DNA of 32,816 bases, taken from NCBI GenBank assembly GCA_904420265.1, contig CAJFUU010000191.1, forward strand, positions 1-32,816, read 5' to 3'. This DNA is from an uncultured Clostridia bacterium (GTDB lineage Bacteria; Bacillota; Clostridia; Christensenellales; Aristaeellaceae). The translations under genes were made by a program, and so were the position numbers. This document shows, piece by piece, positions 23,999 to 32,815 of this stretch (positions are counted from its first letter, which is position 1; each line of letters opens with the position of its first letter). The notes under the pieces were generated by a model, which was not told the DNA's origin, made no database searches, and saw only the letters and a list, made by a program, of their open reading frames with translations.

Positions 23999-24120
23999 CC
24001 GAAGCGCGTCGCATGGCGCGAAACTGAGCGAGCAAAAATCGTCGCCATGTTCCATGGCGGTGTTTGAATACAGGATTGCAGGCGCCTTGCCTGCGCGCAG
24101 ACCAAGCGAAACGGAGAGAT

Positions 24121-25650
24121 ATGCCCATGTTTGAGATGCACAACATATCCAAGGCCTTTGATGCGGTGCAGGCGCTCAAAGGCGCGTGCGTCAGCGTCGC
24201 GCCGGGGGAAATCTGCGCGCTGCTGGGGGCAAACGGCTCGGGAAAATCCACGATGGTCAAGGTGCTCGCCGGGCTGGTGCGGCCGGACAGCGGCGAAATA
24301 CGCATCGACGGAAAGGCAGTGCGCATTCACAATTCCCTGGATTCCAAGAAGCTGGGCATCGCCACCGCGTTTCAGGATTTGAGCCTGATTCCCACCATGA
24401 ATGTGCTTGACAACATCAAACTTAACCGCGAGACGGTGGGTCGCTTTGGCACGATTGACGTCAAAAAGGATCGCCGGGACGTAGAGCAGCTCCTCGAGCG
24501 CTTCCACATCAAGTGCGACCCGGACGCCTACGCGCAGACGCTGATGCCCTCCACGCAGAGCATGCTTGAAGTTGCCAAGGCAGTATTTGCGCAGCCGCGG
24601 CTGCTTTTGCTGGACGAGACCACGGCCACGCTGCACCAGGATGAGATTGAAGTGCTGTTTTCCATCCTGCGGGAGCTGCGAAAGCAGGGCACAGCCATTA
24701 TTTATGTCACCCACCGCATGAAGGAGGTCGCGAAGCTGTGCGACAGCGCTGTGATCATGCGTAACGGCGAAAGCGTATGCAAAATTTCCGGCCAGGAATT
24801 GGCGGACATTGACCAGATTGTGTTTTATATGACGGGGATGTACCCCGAAAAGGTCGCCGCGCACGCAGCCGTCGCGCAAACCGAGGGCGAGGAGCGCGAG
24901 GTGCTCCTGGATGTGCGCGATCTCAAACTCAGCCCCAAGGTACGCGATATCAGCCTGCGCGCCTATCGCGGCGAGATTGTAGGCATCGGCGGCCTGGACG
25001 GCCAGGGGCAGTCGGAATTTATCCGCATGTTGCTGGGTGAAATGCAGCCCGAGGCAGGCTTGATTCGCTATCGTGGCAAGGATGTGCGCTTCCGCCGGCC
25101 GGCTGAGGCCGTGAAAAACGGCGTGGGCTTTATCTCCGGCGAGCGCAACCGCGAGGCCATCTTCGATAGACGCACGATTGCCGAGAACCTGTTTGTCGGC
25201 CGAACCGCCAAAGGCAAGTTGTTTGGCTATATTGGCAAAAAAACCATGAACGCCTTCTCGCGCGAGGCGGTCAAGACCTACAATATCAAAATCGGCGATC
25301 TTGGCGATGCCGCCAGTTCGCTCTCGGGCGGCAACCAGCAGAAGCTGGTCGTGGCGCGCTGGATTGCAGTAATGCCCGATCTTTTGCTGCTAGACGACCC
25401 GACCAAGGGTGTGGATATCAAGTCCCGGCGAGAGATACACGAAATTCTCAGGCAGTGCGCGCGCCAGAGGAATATGACCGTGATCGTCTCCTCCAGCGAT
25501 AACGACGAATTGATGGAGCTGGCCGAGCGCATCTATGTCTTTTACGAAGGCAAGGTTGCGGCATTGTTGGAGGGCGAGAACAAGACGCAGGAAAGTCTCG
25601 TGGCCGAAATGATGGGCATAGGCAAAGGGGAGGTGCAGGACAATGCTTGA
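24121..25650 (+). CDS. Sugar ABC transporter ATP-binding protein, duplicated ABC domains (RbsA/MglA-like)
   Basis: The ATG at 24121 follows GGAGAG. 509 aa. First Walker A GANGSGKST and Walker B LLLLDETTATL. The second cassette has signature LSGGNQQK and LLLLDDPTKGVD. Confidence 0.9.
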   Translation: MPMFEMHNISKAFDAVQALKGACVSVAPGEICALLGANGSGKSTMVKVLAGLVRPDSGEIRIDGKAVRIHNSLDSKKLGIATAFQDLSLIPTMNVLDNIKLNRETVGRFGTIDVKKDRRDVEQLLERFHIKCDPDAYAQTLMPSTQSMLEVAKAVFAQPRLLLLDETTATLHQDEIEVLFSILRELRKQGTAIIYVTHRMKEVAKLCDSAVIMRNGESVCKISGQELADIDQIVFYMTGMYPEKVAAHAAVAQTEGEEREVLLDVRDLKLSPKVRDISLRAYRGEIVGIGGLDGQGQSEFIRMLLGEMQPEAGLIRYRGKDVRFRRPAEAVKNGVGFISGERNREAIFDRRTIAENLFVGRTAKGKLFGYIGKKTMNAFSREAVKTYNIKIGDLGDAASSLSGGNQQKLVVARWIAVMPDLLLLDDPTKGVDIKSRREIHEILRQCARQRNMTVIVSSSDNDELMELAERIYVFYEGKVAALLEGENKTQESLVAEMMGIGKGEVQDNA

Positions 25651-26695
25651 GGCGTGCAAGCGAAGATGGGTATCTTTCCGCAGGCAGCCGGCCTTTACGG
25701 GCTTTTGCCTCTTCTTGGCGGCGGTGGCACTCAATATCATTATTCAGACGCCGTCAAAGTTTTTCACCGTCAGCAATTTCCGCATTCTCATCTCCAAGAA
25801 TACGCCGCTGATTCTCACCTGTATGGGACAGGCGGTGCTGATGATGTGCGGACTGCTTGATCTTTCCACGGGCATACAGCTTGCCTTTGTCAACGTCATC
25901 GCCATTATGATGCCCCAGGAGATGGGCGTACCGGTAGCGTTGGGATGGTTTATCGCGCTGCTGAGCGGAGTTGTGGTCTCGCTGTTTTGCGGGTTTTGCA
26001 TTGTCAAATTGCGCCTTCCTTCAATGCTGACTACGTTTTCGATTACGTATATCATCAAAGGCGTCAATGTGTTGATTATGAGCGTGCCGCAGGGAAAGGT
26101 GGAAAGGGTCATCTACAGAACCTACGACTCGACGCTGTTTGGATTTTTCCCGTTTGCCGCTCTGGTGATTTTGCTGGTTTTGCTGGTGTGGGGATACATC
26201 AAGCGCACGCCCTTTGGCAAGCACATTTATGCCGTGGGCAACAACCCGCGCAATGCCTATGCAGTGGGAATTGATCCCGAGCGGGTACAGATGAAGGCGT
26301 TTATAATCAAGGGATTTATCGTGGGGCTTGCGGGGCTGTGCCTGACGGCGTCGAACGCCTCGGGCAACCCCTTACAGGCCGAGGAATATGGCATTCGTTC
26401 GCTCTCGGCGTGCATGCTGGGCGGCATGAACTTCGGCGGTTGGGGCACAATCAGTTGCGGCCTGTTTGGCGCGGGATTTCTGGTAATTGTACAAAACGCG
26501 GTGTACTACCTATTTAACTTCCTCACCAGTGCCATTCCCGGCCTGATGATCAACCCCTACTGGCAGAATCTGGTCAGCGACACAATTATCTTCCTGGGTC
26601 TGCTTGCGACGATCATCACCGCCAAAGCGCAGCGCGAGACGCTCAAACAGGGCTTTATCAAGCAGTTCAAGAGGGGGGAAAAGTATGTCCGATAA
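25643..26695 (+). CDS. Sugar ABC transporter permease (RbsC/BPD_transp_2 family) 1
   Basis: 350 aa polytopic membrane protein. FGKHIYAVGNNPRNAYAVGI is the family hallmark. The start overlaps the ATPase stop (ATGCTTGA), preceded by GGGGAGG. Confidence 0.88.
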   Translation: MLEACKRRWVSFRRQPAFTGFCLFLAAVALNIIIQTPSKFFTVSNFRILISKNTPLILTCMGQAVLMMCGLLDLSTGIQLAFVNVIAIMMPQEMGVPVALGWFIALLSGVVVSLFCGFCIVKLRLPSMLTTFSITYIIKGVNVLIMSVPQGKVERVIYRTYDSTLFGFFPFAALVILLVLLVWGYIKRTPFGKHIYAVGNNPRNAYAVGIDPERVQMKAFIIKGFIVGLAGLCLTASNASGNPLQAEEYGIRSLSACMLGGMNFGGWGTISCGLFGAGFLVIVQNAVYYLFNFLTSAIPGLMINPYWQNLVSDTIIFLGLLATIITAKAQRETLKQGFIKQFKRGEKYVR

Positions 26696-27665
26696 TCGGG
26701 AAAAGAGCATGCAGATGCACCTCCGGCACTTTGCCAAGTACAACCGCCCGGGCATGGCCGCAGTGATCGCGGTAGGCTTGCTGCTGATCACGGTGATTCT
26801 CAACCCCCTGTCGCTCAACATCAATACGTTTGGTTCGATCCTGGCGCAGACGATTCTGCTCAGCTTTGCGGCGGCAGGACAGACAATGGTGGTTATCTCC
26901 GGTGGCGTGGATCTTTCGGTAGGCGCGGTGATGTCAATGGCCGCAATCATCACCACGGGCATCATGCAGGGCAGGACGGGTTACTTTGTACCGGTACTTT
27001 TGTGCGTGGCGGGCATGGGCGCGCTGGTAGGACTGGTCAACGGCGTATGCGCGGTCAAAGTGGGGCTGCCGCCAATCGTGATTACGCTGGCAGTTTCCAA
27101 TGTGGTTACGCGCTTGCAGTACGTCTTTACCGGCGGCATGCCCACCGGCCTTGTCTCCGAGGTGTTTAAAGTCACGGTGCAGTACCGCGTGTTCGGAGTA
27201 ATTCCTGCGGCGCTGATGTACGCGGTGTTTATCTGGACGCTGGCGTTTTTCCTGATGCACGGCTCGCGCTTTGGAAAGCAACTCTATCTCACAGGCAACA
27301 ACGAATCTGCGGCGCGCCTCAACGGCATCAATACGCGCAGGATACGCATACTCACCTTCGTCCTGGGCGGCGTGTTTTCGGGCATCGCAGGCATGCTGGG
27401 CGCGGGCTATATGGGCATGAGCCAGTGTCAATTGTTTGATACCTATGCCTACAATTCATTGGTGGCGGTGATTGTGGGCGGTTCGCTGTTTGTGGGCGGC
27501 GTGGGTTCCTACATTGGCAGCATTGCGGGTTCCCTGGTGATGATTGTGCTCAGCAACGGCCTGACGGTGCTCGATTTCAGCGCGCCGGTGCGCAACATCG
27601 TGCTCGGCTGCGTGATGGTGATACTGCTCACCTTCTACAACCGGGCCAAGCCGATTCGCCAATAG
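26685..27665 (+). CDS. Sugar ABC transporter permease (RbsC/BPD_transp_2 family) 2
   Basis: The ATG at 26685 overlaps the previous gene by 11 nt. 326 aa. Has FGKQLYLTGNNESAARLNGI and GGVDLSVGAVMSM. Confidence 0.88.
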   Translation: MSDNREKSMQMHLRHFAKYNRPGMAAVIAVGLLLITVILNPLSLNINTFGSILAQTILLSFAAAGQTMVVISGGVDLSVGAVMSMAAIITTGIMQGRTGYFVPVLLCVAGMGALVGLVNGVCAVKVGLPPIVITLAVSNVVTRLQYVFTGGMPTGLVSEVFKVTVQYRVFGVIPAALMYAVFIWTLAFFLMHGSRFGKQLYLTGNNESAARLNGINTRRIRILTFVLGGVFSGIAGMLGAGYMGMSQCQLFDTYAYNSLVAVIVGGSLFVGGVGSYIGSIAGSLVMIVLSNGLTVLDFSAPVRNIVLGCVMVILLTFYNRAKPIRQ

Positions 27666-27679
27666 GAAGGGGGAGCGCA

Positions 27680-28552
27680 ATGGATAAGCTGTTTAAGATT
27701 GGAACGCTTGCGGATTGGTTCGGCGTTGGGCTGATTGCGGGCATCAGGATGAGCCAGAAAGTCGGCGCCGAAGGCGTGCAACTCTATGCCAAGGGCGAGC
27801 TGGACCCGGCGACGATCACGCCTGAAGATGTAAAAGCGGTCAGGCGCACGGCGCGGGATTGCGGTCAGACGATTACGGCGCTATGCGGCGAACTGGGCGG
27901 TCACGGTCTGTGCCGCGCCGAGGAAAATCCAGACAAGCTGGAGTATCTGAAAAAGACGCTGCTGCTTGCCAAAGAGCTGGACTGCTCTATTGTCACTACA
28001 CATCTGGGCGTAATTCCCGCCCAGAAGGGCGATGAATACAAAGTGCTCCTGGACGCCTGCAACGAAATCGGCCGCTTTGCCGCGCAGATCGGCGCTTGTA
28101 TCGCCGTAGAGACAGGCCCCGAGCCAGTGGAACGGCTGCGCGATTTTTGCCTTGCCTGCGAGGCGGGCATTCGCATCAATTATGACCCGGCGAACCTGGC
28201 GATGGTTTTGCGCGCAGATCCCGTGGCGGGTGTCTATGAGGCGGGCAAACTGATCGTACACACGCACGCCAAGGATGGCGTCAGCCTTCGCCCCACCACC
28301 GGCGAGTACTACTACGGCCTGTTCGCCAAGGTGGGCATTGACGGCGTGCGCAACCTGGGCTATACGCGCCAGACGCCGCTCGGCCAAGGCGCAGTGCGCT
28401 GGGAAGCGTATTTGCAGGCGCTGGTCGACATTGGCTACGATGGTTTTCTGACCATTGAGCGTGAATCGCGTGAGGAGGCGGGTAAGGATATTGCCGACGC
28501 GGTGGCCTTCTTGCAGGCACAGATGGAAAATCTCCAAGGAGCGGCGAAATGA
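27680..28552 (+). CDS. Sugar phosphate isomerase/epimerase (xylose-isomerase-like TIM barrel) 2
   Basis: 290 aa. Has AEGVQLYA, LDCSIVTTHLG, CIAVETGPE, INYDPANL, VHTHAKDG and GYDGFLTIERE. Good RBS (GGAAGGGGGAG). Confidence 0.82.
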   Translation: MDKLFKIGTLADWFGVGLIAGIRMSQKVGAEGVQLYAKGELDPATITPEDVKAVRRTARDCGQTITALCGELGGHGLCRAEENPDKLEYLKKTLLLAKELDCSIVTTHLGVIPAQKGDEYKVLLDACNEIGRFAAQIGACIAVETGPEPVERLRDFCLACEAGIRINYDPANLAMVLRADPVAGVYEAGKLIVHTHAKDGVSLRPTTGEYYYGLFAKVGIDGVRNLGYTRQTPLGQGAVRWEAYLQALVDIGYDGFLTIERESREEAGKDIADAVAFLQAQMENLQGAAK

Positions 28553-29676
28553 AAGCGATTGTGCATGCCGGGATCGTGCTTGAGGATGGCATTCTGGAGG
28601 ACGCCGCGGTTGTCTTTGACGACAGGATTCGTCAAATTCTCCCGGATAGGGCGCCCGATTCGTGCGAAATCATCGACGCGGGAGGAAAGTACCTGCTGCC
28701 TGGGTTGATTGATATGCACATCCACGGCTACTGCGGCCGCGAGACCACTGAAGCCAGCGTGGATGCGCAGCGGGCGATGGCCGCGGCGTTGCTCAAAGAC
28801 GGTGTGACGGGTTTTTTGCCCACGCTTGGCACCGCGCCGTTGGAAACGATCGCCGGCGCGCTGGAGGCCACGCGCGCGTGCATGCGGGAAAGCGGCGGCG
28901 CAAAGGTGCATGGCGCCTATGTGGAGGGCGTGTTCATCTCCGAAAAGAAGAAAGGCGCGCACAACGCCGCGTTGCTGCTGGCGCCAGACTACGGGTTCCT
29001 CGAGCGCTATAAGGATGTAATCAAAGTGGTGATTGTGGCGCCGGAGCGGTATCCCGACCTGATCGACTGGTGTGTCGAACGCAATATTGTCAGTTCCATT
29101 GGACACACTGACGCCACTTACGAACAGGCCATGCAGGGCGTGCGGCACGGCGCGACACAGGCTACGCACCTGTTTAACGCCATGCGCGGTATCGGCCATC
29201 GCGAGCCGGGCGCAGCGGGCGCGGCACTGTTGAGCGACGGTGTGCGCGTAGAACTGATCGCTGATACCGTACATGTGGACAGGGCGCTGTTCAAGCTGGT
29301 TTACAAAGTCAAGGGCGCAGATGGGATTGTGCTGATTACCGATTCGTCAATCGCCGCGGGCCTGGGCCCAGGGATATATCGAAGCAACGAGCGCACGATC
29401 TACGTCGACGGAACGGTCGGACGGCTGGAAAACGGCACGATATCCGGCTCAGTATCGCCACTGCGGCGCAATGTGTATAATTTCCACCGCTACGGCGGCG
29501 CGCCTTTGTGGGAGGCGGTGCGCATGGCCTCGCTCAATCCCGCCCGGGCGCTGAAGATTGACGGGCGCGTAGGCAGCCTGCGTCCGGGCAAGTGCGCCGA
29601 CATGTTCCTTTGCGATGCGCAGTTGAACGTGGAGTGCACTTTCCTGGACGGTGAATGCGTGTATAGGAGGGCATAG
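28549..29676 (+). CDS. nagA: N-acetylglucosamine-6-phosphate deacetylase-like amidohydrolase
   Basis: 375 aa. NagA-type motifs in order: LLPGLIDMHIHG, FLPTL, GAYVEGVFIS..KKGAH, IVAPE, SIGHTDATYEQA, ATHLFNAM, ELIADTVHV, LITDS, GSLRPGKCADM. 4-nt overlap with the upstream gene. Confidence 0.85.
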   Translation: MKAIVHAGIVLEDGILEDAAVVFDDRIRQILPDRAPDSCEIIDAGGKYLLPGLIDMHIHGYCGRETTEASVDAQRAMAAALLKDGVTGFLPTLGTAPLETIAGALEATRACMRESGGAKVHGAYVEGVFISEKKKGAHNAALLLAPDYGFLERYKDVIKVVIVAPERYPDLIDWCVERNIVSSIGHTDATYEQAMQGVRHGATQATHLFNAMRGIGHREPGAAGAALLSDGVRVELIADTVHVDRALFKLVYKVKGADGIVLITDSSIAAGLGPGIYRSNERTIYVDGTVGRLENGTISGSVSPLRRNVYNFHRYGGAPLWEAVRMASLNPARALKIDGRVGSLRPGKCADMFLCDAQLNVECTFLDGECVYRRA

Positions 29677-29678
29677 GC

Positions 29679-30659
29679 GTGCTTCGGCTTGGATACGACA
29701 TTGGGGGCATGAGCGTGCGAGCCTGCCTTCTGGACGACCAGAGCATGCGCGTAGCGGCGCATACAAGCCGCCCATTTCCTCTAGGTAAGGACGCGCAGGC
29801 GCTGACAGAACTCATGGCGCAGATGGCGCGGGAAGTGCTTCTGCCAAACGGCCTGGATGCCTGGACGGTGGAGTCCGTAGGCGTAGGCATTCCTGGGACA
29901 GTGCGGCGCGATATGGGCGTGCTGGTGAGTGCATGCAATTTGAACCTGCGCAACGCGCCTGTAGCCGAGCTTTTGCGGCGGCATTTTCCGCATGCGGACA
30001 TCGGCATTGCCAATGATGCGGACGCAGCGGCGCTGGCCGAGGCGCGTGTGGGCGCGCTGCGCGGTTACGACTGCGCGATGCTCATTACCATTGGCACCGG
30101 AATCGGCGGCGGTCTGATCATGGACAACCGGATATTTCAGGGCGGACGCAAAATCGGCTGCGAACTTGGACATATCACCATCCAGCAGGGCGGACCGATG
30201 TGCACCTGTGGCAACCGCGGCTGCGCGGAGGCGCTGTGCTCAGCGACCTGGCTGGAGCGGGAGGGGCGTCACTGCGTGTTGGATCACCCTACCAGCCGCA
30301 TTGCGGTTCTGGCGGGAGGCGAGGTGCATAACGTTACCGCCCGCGACGTGATAGCCGCCGCCCGCGAGGGCGATGGCATTGCTGCGCAGATATTCGACGC
30401 CTATGTGGACAATCTTGCCTCTCTGGTGAGTACTTGTTGTTATCTTTTGGGAACGCCGGTGGTGGGTATCGGCGGCGGCGTGTCCAACGCCGGCGAGTTT
30501 CTCATACGGCCGCTGGAGGAGCAGGTCAAGCGGCGCGCGCGCGCCTACGCTCCGGACAGGATTGTCACGGCCGCCTTGGGCGGCGACGCGGGAATGATTG
30601 GGGCGGCCATGTTGCCGGCCGCTCAGGGGATACGTTCAACGAAGGGGATGCACGTCTGA
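29679..30659 (+). CDS. ROK family sugar kinase
   Basis: GTG start at 29679, 8 nt after AGGAGG. 326 aa. Has YDIGGMS and ITIGTGIGGGLI. ROK zinc motif GHITIQQGGPMCTCGNRGCAEALCS. Confidence 0.85.
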   Translation: MLRLGYDIGGMSVRACLLDDQSMRVAAHTSRPFPLGKDAQALTELMAQMAREVLLPNGLDAWTVESVGVGIPGTVRRDMGVLVSACNLNLRNAPVAELLRRHFPHADIGIANDADAAALAEARVGALRGYDCAMLITIGTGIGGGLIMDNRIFQGGRKIGCELGHITIQQGGPMCTCGNRGCAEALCSATWLEREGRHCVLDHPTSRIAVLAGGEVHNVTARDVIAAAREGDGIAAQIFDAYVDNLASLVSTCCYLLGTPVVGIGGGVSNAGEFLIRPLEEQVKRRARAYAPDRIVTAALGGDAGMIGAAMLPAAQGIRSTKGMHV

Positions 30660-31213
30660 TGCGGGAAATCTGGGAATTGTTTGCCACGTTCTTTCGAATC
30701 GGCATTTGTACCTTTGGCGGGGGCTATGCTATGCTGCCGATGCTGGAGCGTGAAATCGTCAACAAGAATAAATGGGCGACAATGGAGGAGTTACTGGACT
30801 ACTTTGCCATCGGACAGTGCACGCCAGGCATCATCGCCGTGAATACGGCGACGTTTGTCGGCTACAAGCGCCGCGGCGTGAGCGGTGGCATTGTCGCGAC
30901 ACTGGGCATAGTGGCGCCGTCCCTGGTGATCATTACAATGATTGCCATGTTGCTTTCCAACTTCATGGACAACCAGATCGTAATGCACGCCTTTGCCGGC
31001 ATCCGCATTGCGGTGTGTGCGATGATCGCCAAATCGGTGGTCAAATTGGCCTCTACGTCTGTGCGCAAGTGGTGGCAGATTGTGCTGGCGGTGGCGGCGT
31101 TTGCGTTGGCTGCGCTTGTGAAGATCAACACTATTTACATTGTCCTGGGCACGATTGCATGCGGCGTTGCGTACTACTTCGCACATGGCAAAAAGAGGGG
31201 GAACGGGGTATGA
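30659..31213 (+). CDS. Chromate transporter family protein, short form (half 1)
   Basis: 184 aa. MREIWELFATFFRIGICTFGGGYAMLPMLEREIV...W...QCTPGIIAVNTATFVGY is the CHR-domain signature. The ATG overlaps the ROK stop (TGATG). The ORF-track start at 30434 lies inside the ROK gene. Confidence 0.85.
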   Translation: MREIWELFATFFRIGICTFGGGYAMLPMLEREIVNKNKWATMEELLDYFAIGQCTPGIIAVNTATFVGYKRRGVSGGIVATLGIVAPSLVIITMIAMLLSNFMDNQIVMHAFAGIRIAVCAMIAKSVVKLASTSVRKWWQIVLAVAAFALAALVKINTIYIVLGTIACGVAYYFAHGKKRGNGV

Positions 31214-31764
31214 CGCTTTTGACGATGTGTGTCGAATTCTTCCTCACGGGCCTGTTTGCCATTGGCGGCGGCCTGGCGACGCTTCCGTTCCTGACACAGA
31301 TGAGCATTCGCCATCCCGAGTGGTTTACGCAGGAGATGCTGGTAAACATGGTTGCGGTCTCCGAATCGACGCCGGGGCCGTTGGGGGTAAATATGGCCAC
31401 CTACGTCGGCTATACCGTTGCGGGCATTCCCGGCGCGGTGTTGGCGACGTTTTCCCTGGTGCTGCCCTCGATCATCATAATTTTGATCATTGCGCGCGTG
31501 CTGGAAAACTATCGCAAGAGCGAACTGATCAATACTACTTTCTCTGTACTGCGGCCGGTAGTGACCGGACTGATTGCCGCTGCGGCATATTCAATCTTGA
31601 CCATGGTTCTGCTGCCGACGGCTACGGGGACGTTTTCATGGCTGAACCTTGCGATTTTGGCAGTGCTTTTTGCCTTGACGCAGATTAAGCCCACCAAAAA
31701 CCTTCACCCGATTCTCTATGTGGTCGCAGGCGCGGTGCTGGGAATCGCGCTCAAACTCAACTAA
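31210..31764 (+). CDS. Chromate transporter family protein, short form (half 2)
   Basis: 184 aa. MTLLTMCVEFFLTGLFAIGGGLATLPFL...ESTPGPLGVNMATYVGY. The ATG overlaps the previous stop (ATGA). Confidence 0.85.
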   Translation: MTLLTMCVEFFLTGLFAIGGGLATLPFLTQMSIRHPEWFTQEMLVNMVAVSESTPGPLGVNMATYVGYTVAGIPGAVLATFSLVLPSIIIILIIARVLENYRKSELINTTFSVLRPVVTGLIAAAAYSILTMVLLPTATGTFSWLNLAILAVLFALTQIKPTKNLHPILYVVAGAVLGIALKLN

Positions 31765-32189
31765 GGCCTTGGACAGCGGCGAAAGTTGATGCTTTGCGCC
31801 AAGGGGATGCCTCGACGCTTATACAGAAAAGAAGCAGGACTTTTCGCAAAAGGGAAGCTGTTTGAAAACGCGCATAGAAGCGGCAGGGTGCAAAATCGAC
31901 GCTGCTCTTATTGGTGGCGGCGTTCAGCCCCGTTGCGCTGCGGCGCGCAGGAGATCAGCCTGCGCTGAATACCCAGTCATGCCCGTGCCAAACGGTGCCG
32001 GCGGCTCCCGTCTGCTGCCGGGAAACCAGATTGCGCATTCGAAATGGTCTTTCTGTACACACTTCGCCGCTTATCTCTGCACTTGATGCTGAATTTATGC
32101 ACGTATGGAATCAGATAAAGCAGTTTGCGCGCCGGAACAGGCGTATCTTTGCCTTTGCGAAGGAGGTTGTGCCGGCCGCGATTTTCAGT

Positions 32190-32657
32190 GTCAGCCGTTG
32201 GAATCCAAAGGTATGCCCGCTGGGATTGGCGGAAGGCTGAGCCATAAACGCCCCGGGAAAGGAGATTCGTTGCCGTCAATTTTTGGGCGGGCACGGAGCG
32301 CTGAAAAGCCTGCGGCAGCGTCAGGAAGAGAACAGGAAACGGCGTCGCTATAACCACGCATGGGATGATTTCGTCTGCGTGGATGCGCAAGGGAACGTAC
32401 TGCATCCCGATTATGCGACGCACGCGCTTCCAAAGCTGTGCGCGCAATGCGGTTTGCCGGAAATACGCCTGCACGAACTTCGGCACGCGAACGTCTCAAT
32501 CCTGCTCGACCGCGGGGCGAGCAGGAAGGAGGTACAGGAATGGGCGGGTCACAGCCGCTTTTCCACGATGGCAGATACCTATGCGCATGTGTTGGCGGGA
32601 AGCAAGAACCGCCTTGCCCAGTCCATCGACAGCGCTCTGTTGGAACCGATCGGTTAG
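32190..32657 (+). pseudogene. Tyrosine recombinase (phage-type integrase) remnant: intact C-terminal catalytic part, frameshifted/absent N-terminal part
   Basis: ORF 32283..32657 carries box II and the catalytic Tyr (IRLHELRHANVSILL...WAGHSRFSTMADTYAHV). It is only 124 aa with no upstream Arg box in frame. An integrase-like piece (KRPGKGDSLPSIF) sits in another frame just upstream (ORF 32105..32353), and an in-frame stop lies at 32241-32243. The left boundary is approximate. Confidence 0.6.
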
Positions 32658-32692
32658 GCGGCGGTTAGGAAGTGGCAAGAGCGGCGCACGAC

Positions 32693-32729
32693 AAAAAAGA
32701 AAAACCTCGAAAACTCCGCGTTTTCAAGG
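32693..32729 (-). terminator. Intrinsic terminator downstream of tRNA-Ala
   Basis: On the minus strand, CCTTGAAAAC-GCGGA-GTTTTCGAGG (9 of 10 pairs) is followed by TTTTTCTTTTTTG. It begins 10 nt after the tRNA CCA end. Confidence 0.7.
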
Positions 32730-32738
32730 CTTTTCCGT

Positions 32739-32815
32739 TGGTGGAGCATACCGGACTCGAACCGGTGATCTCTACACTGCCAGTGTAGCGCGATAGCCAA
32801 CTTCGCTAATGCCCC
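32739..32815 (-). tRNA. tRNA-Ala (anticodon GGC), CCA encoded
   Basis: The reverse complement folds by hand into a cloverleaf. Acceptor GGGGCAT/ATGCTCC with the Ala-identity G3:U70 pair. D arm GCGA-AGTTGGCTA-TCGC. Anticodon arm CTACA-CTGGCAG-TGTAG (GGC at positions 34-36). T arm ACCGG-TTCGAGT-CCGGT. Then ACCA. 77 nt. Confidence 0.9.

Noticed and set aside
20934-29274. Series of long minus-strand ORFs (20934..21980, 21841..22764, 22745..23641, 23956..24879, 28435..29274)
   Set aside because: All are antisense to well-supported plus-strand genes (DUF4340, TIM barrel, binding protein, ABC ATPase, TIM barrel/NagA). They show the biased composition of shadow ORFs.
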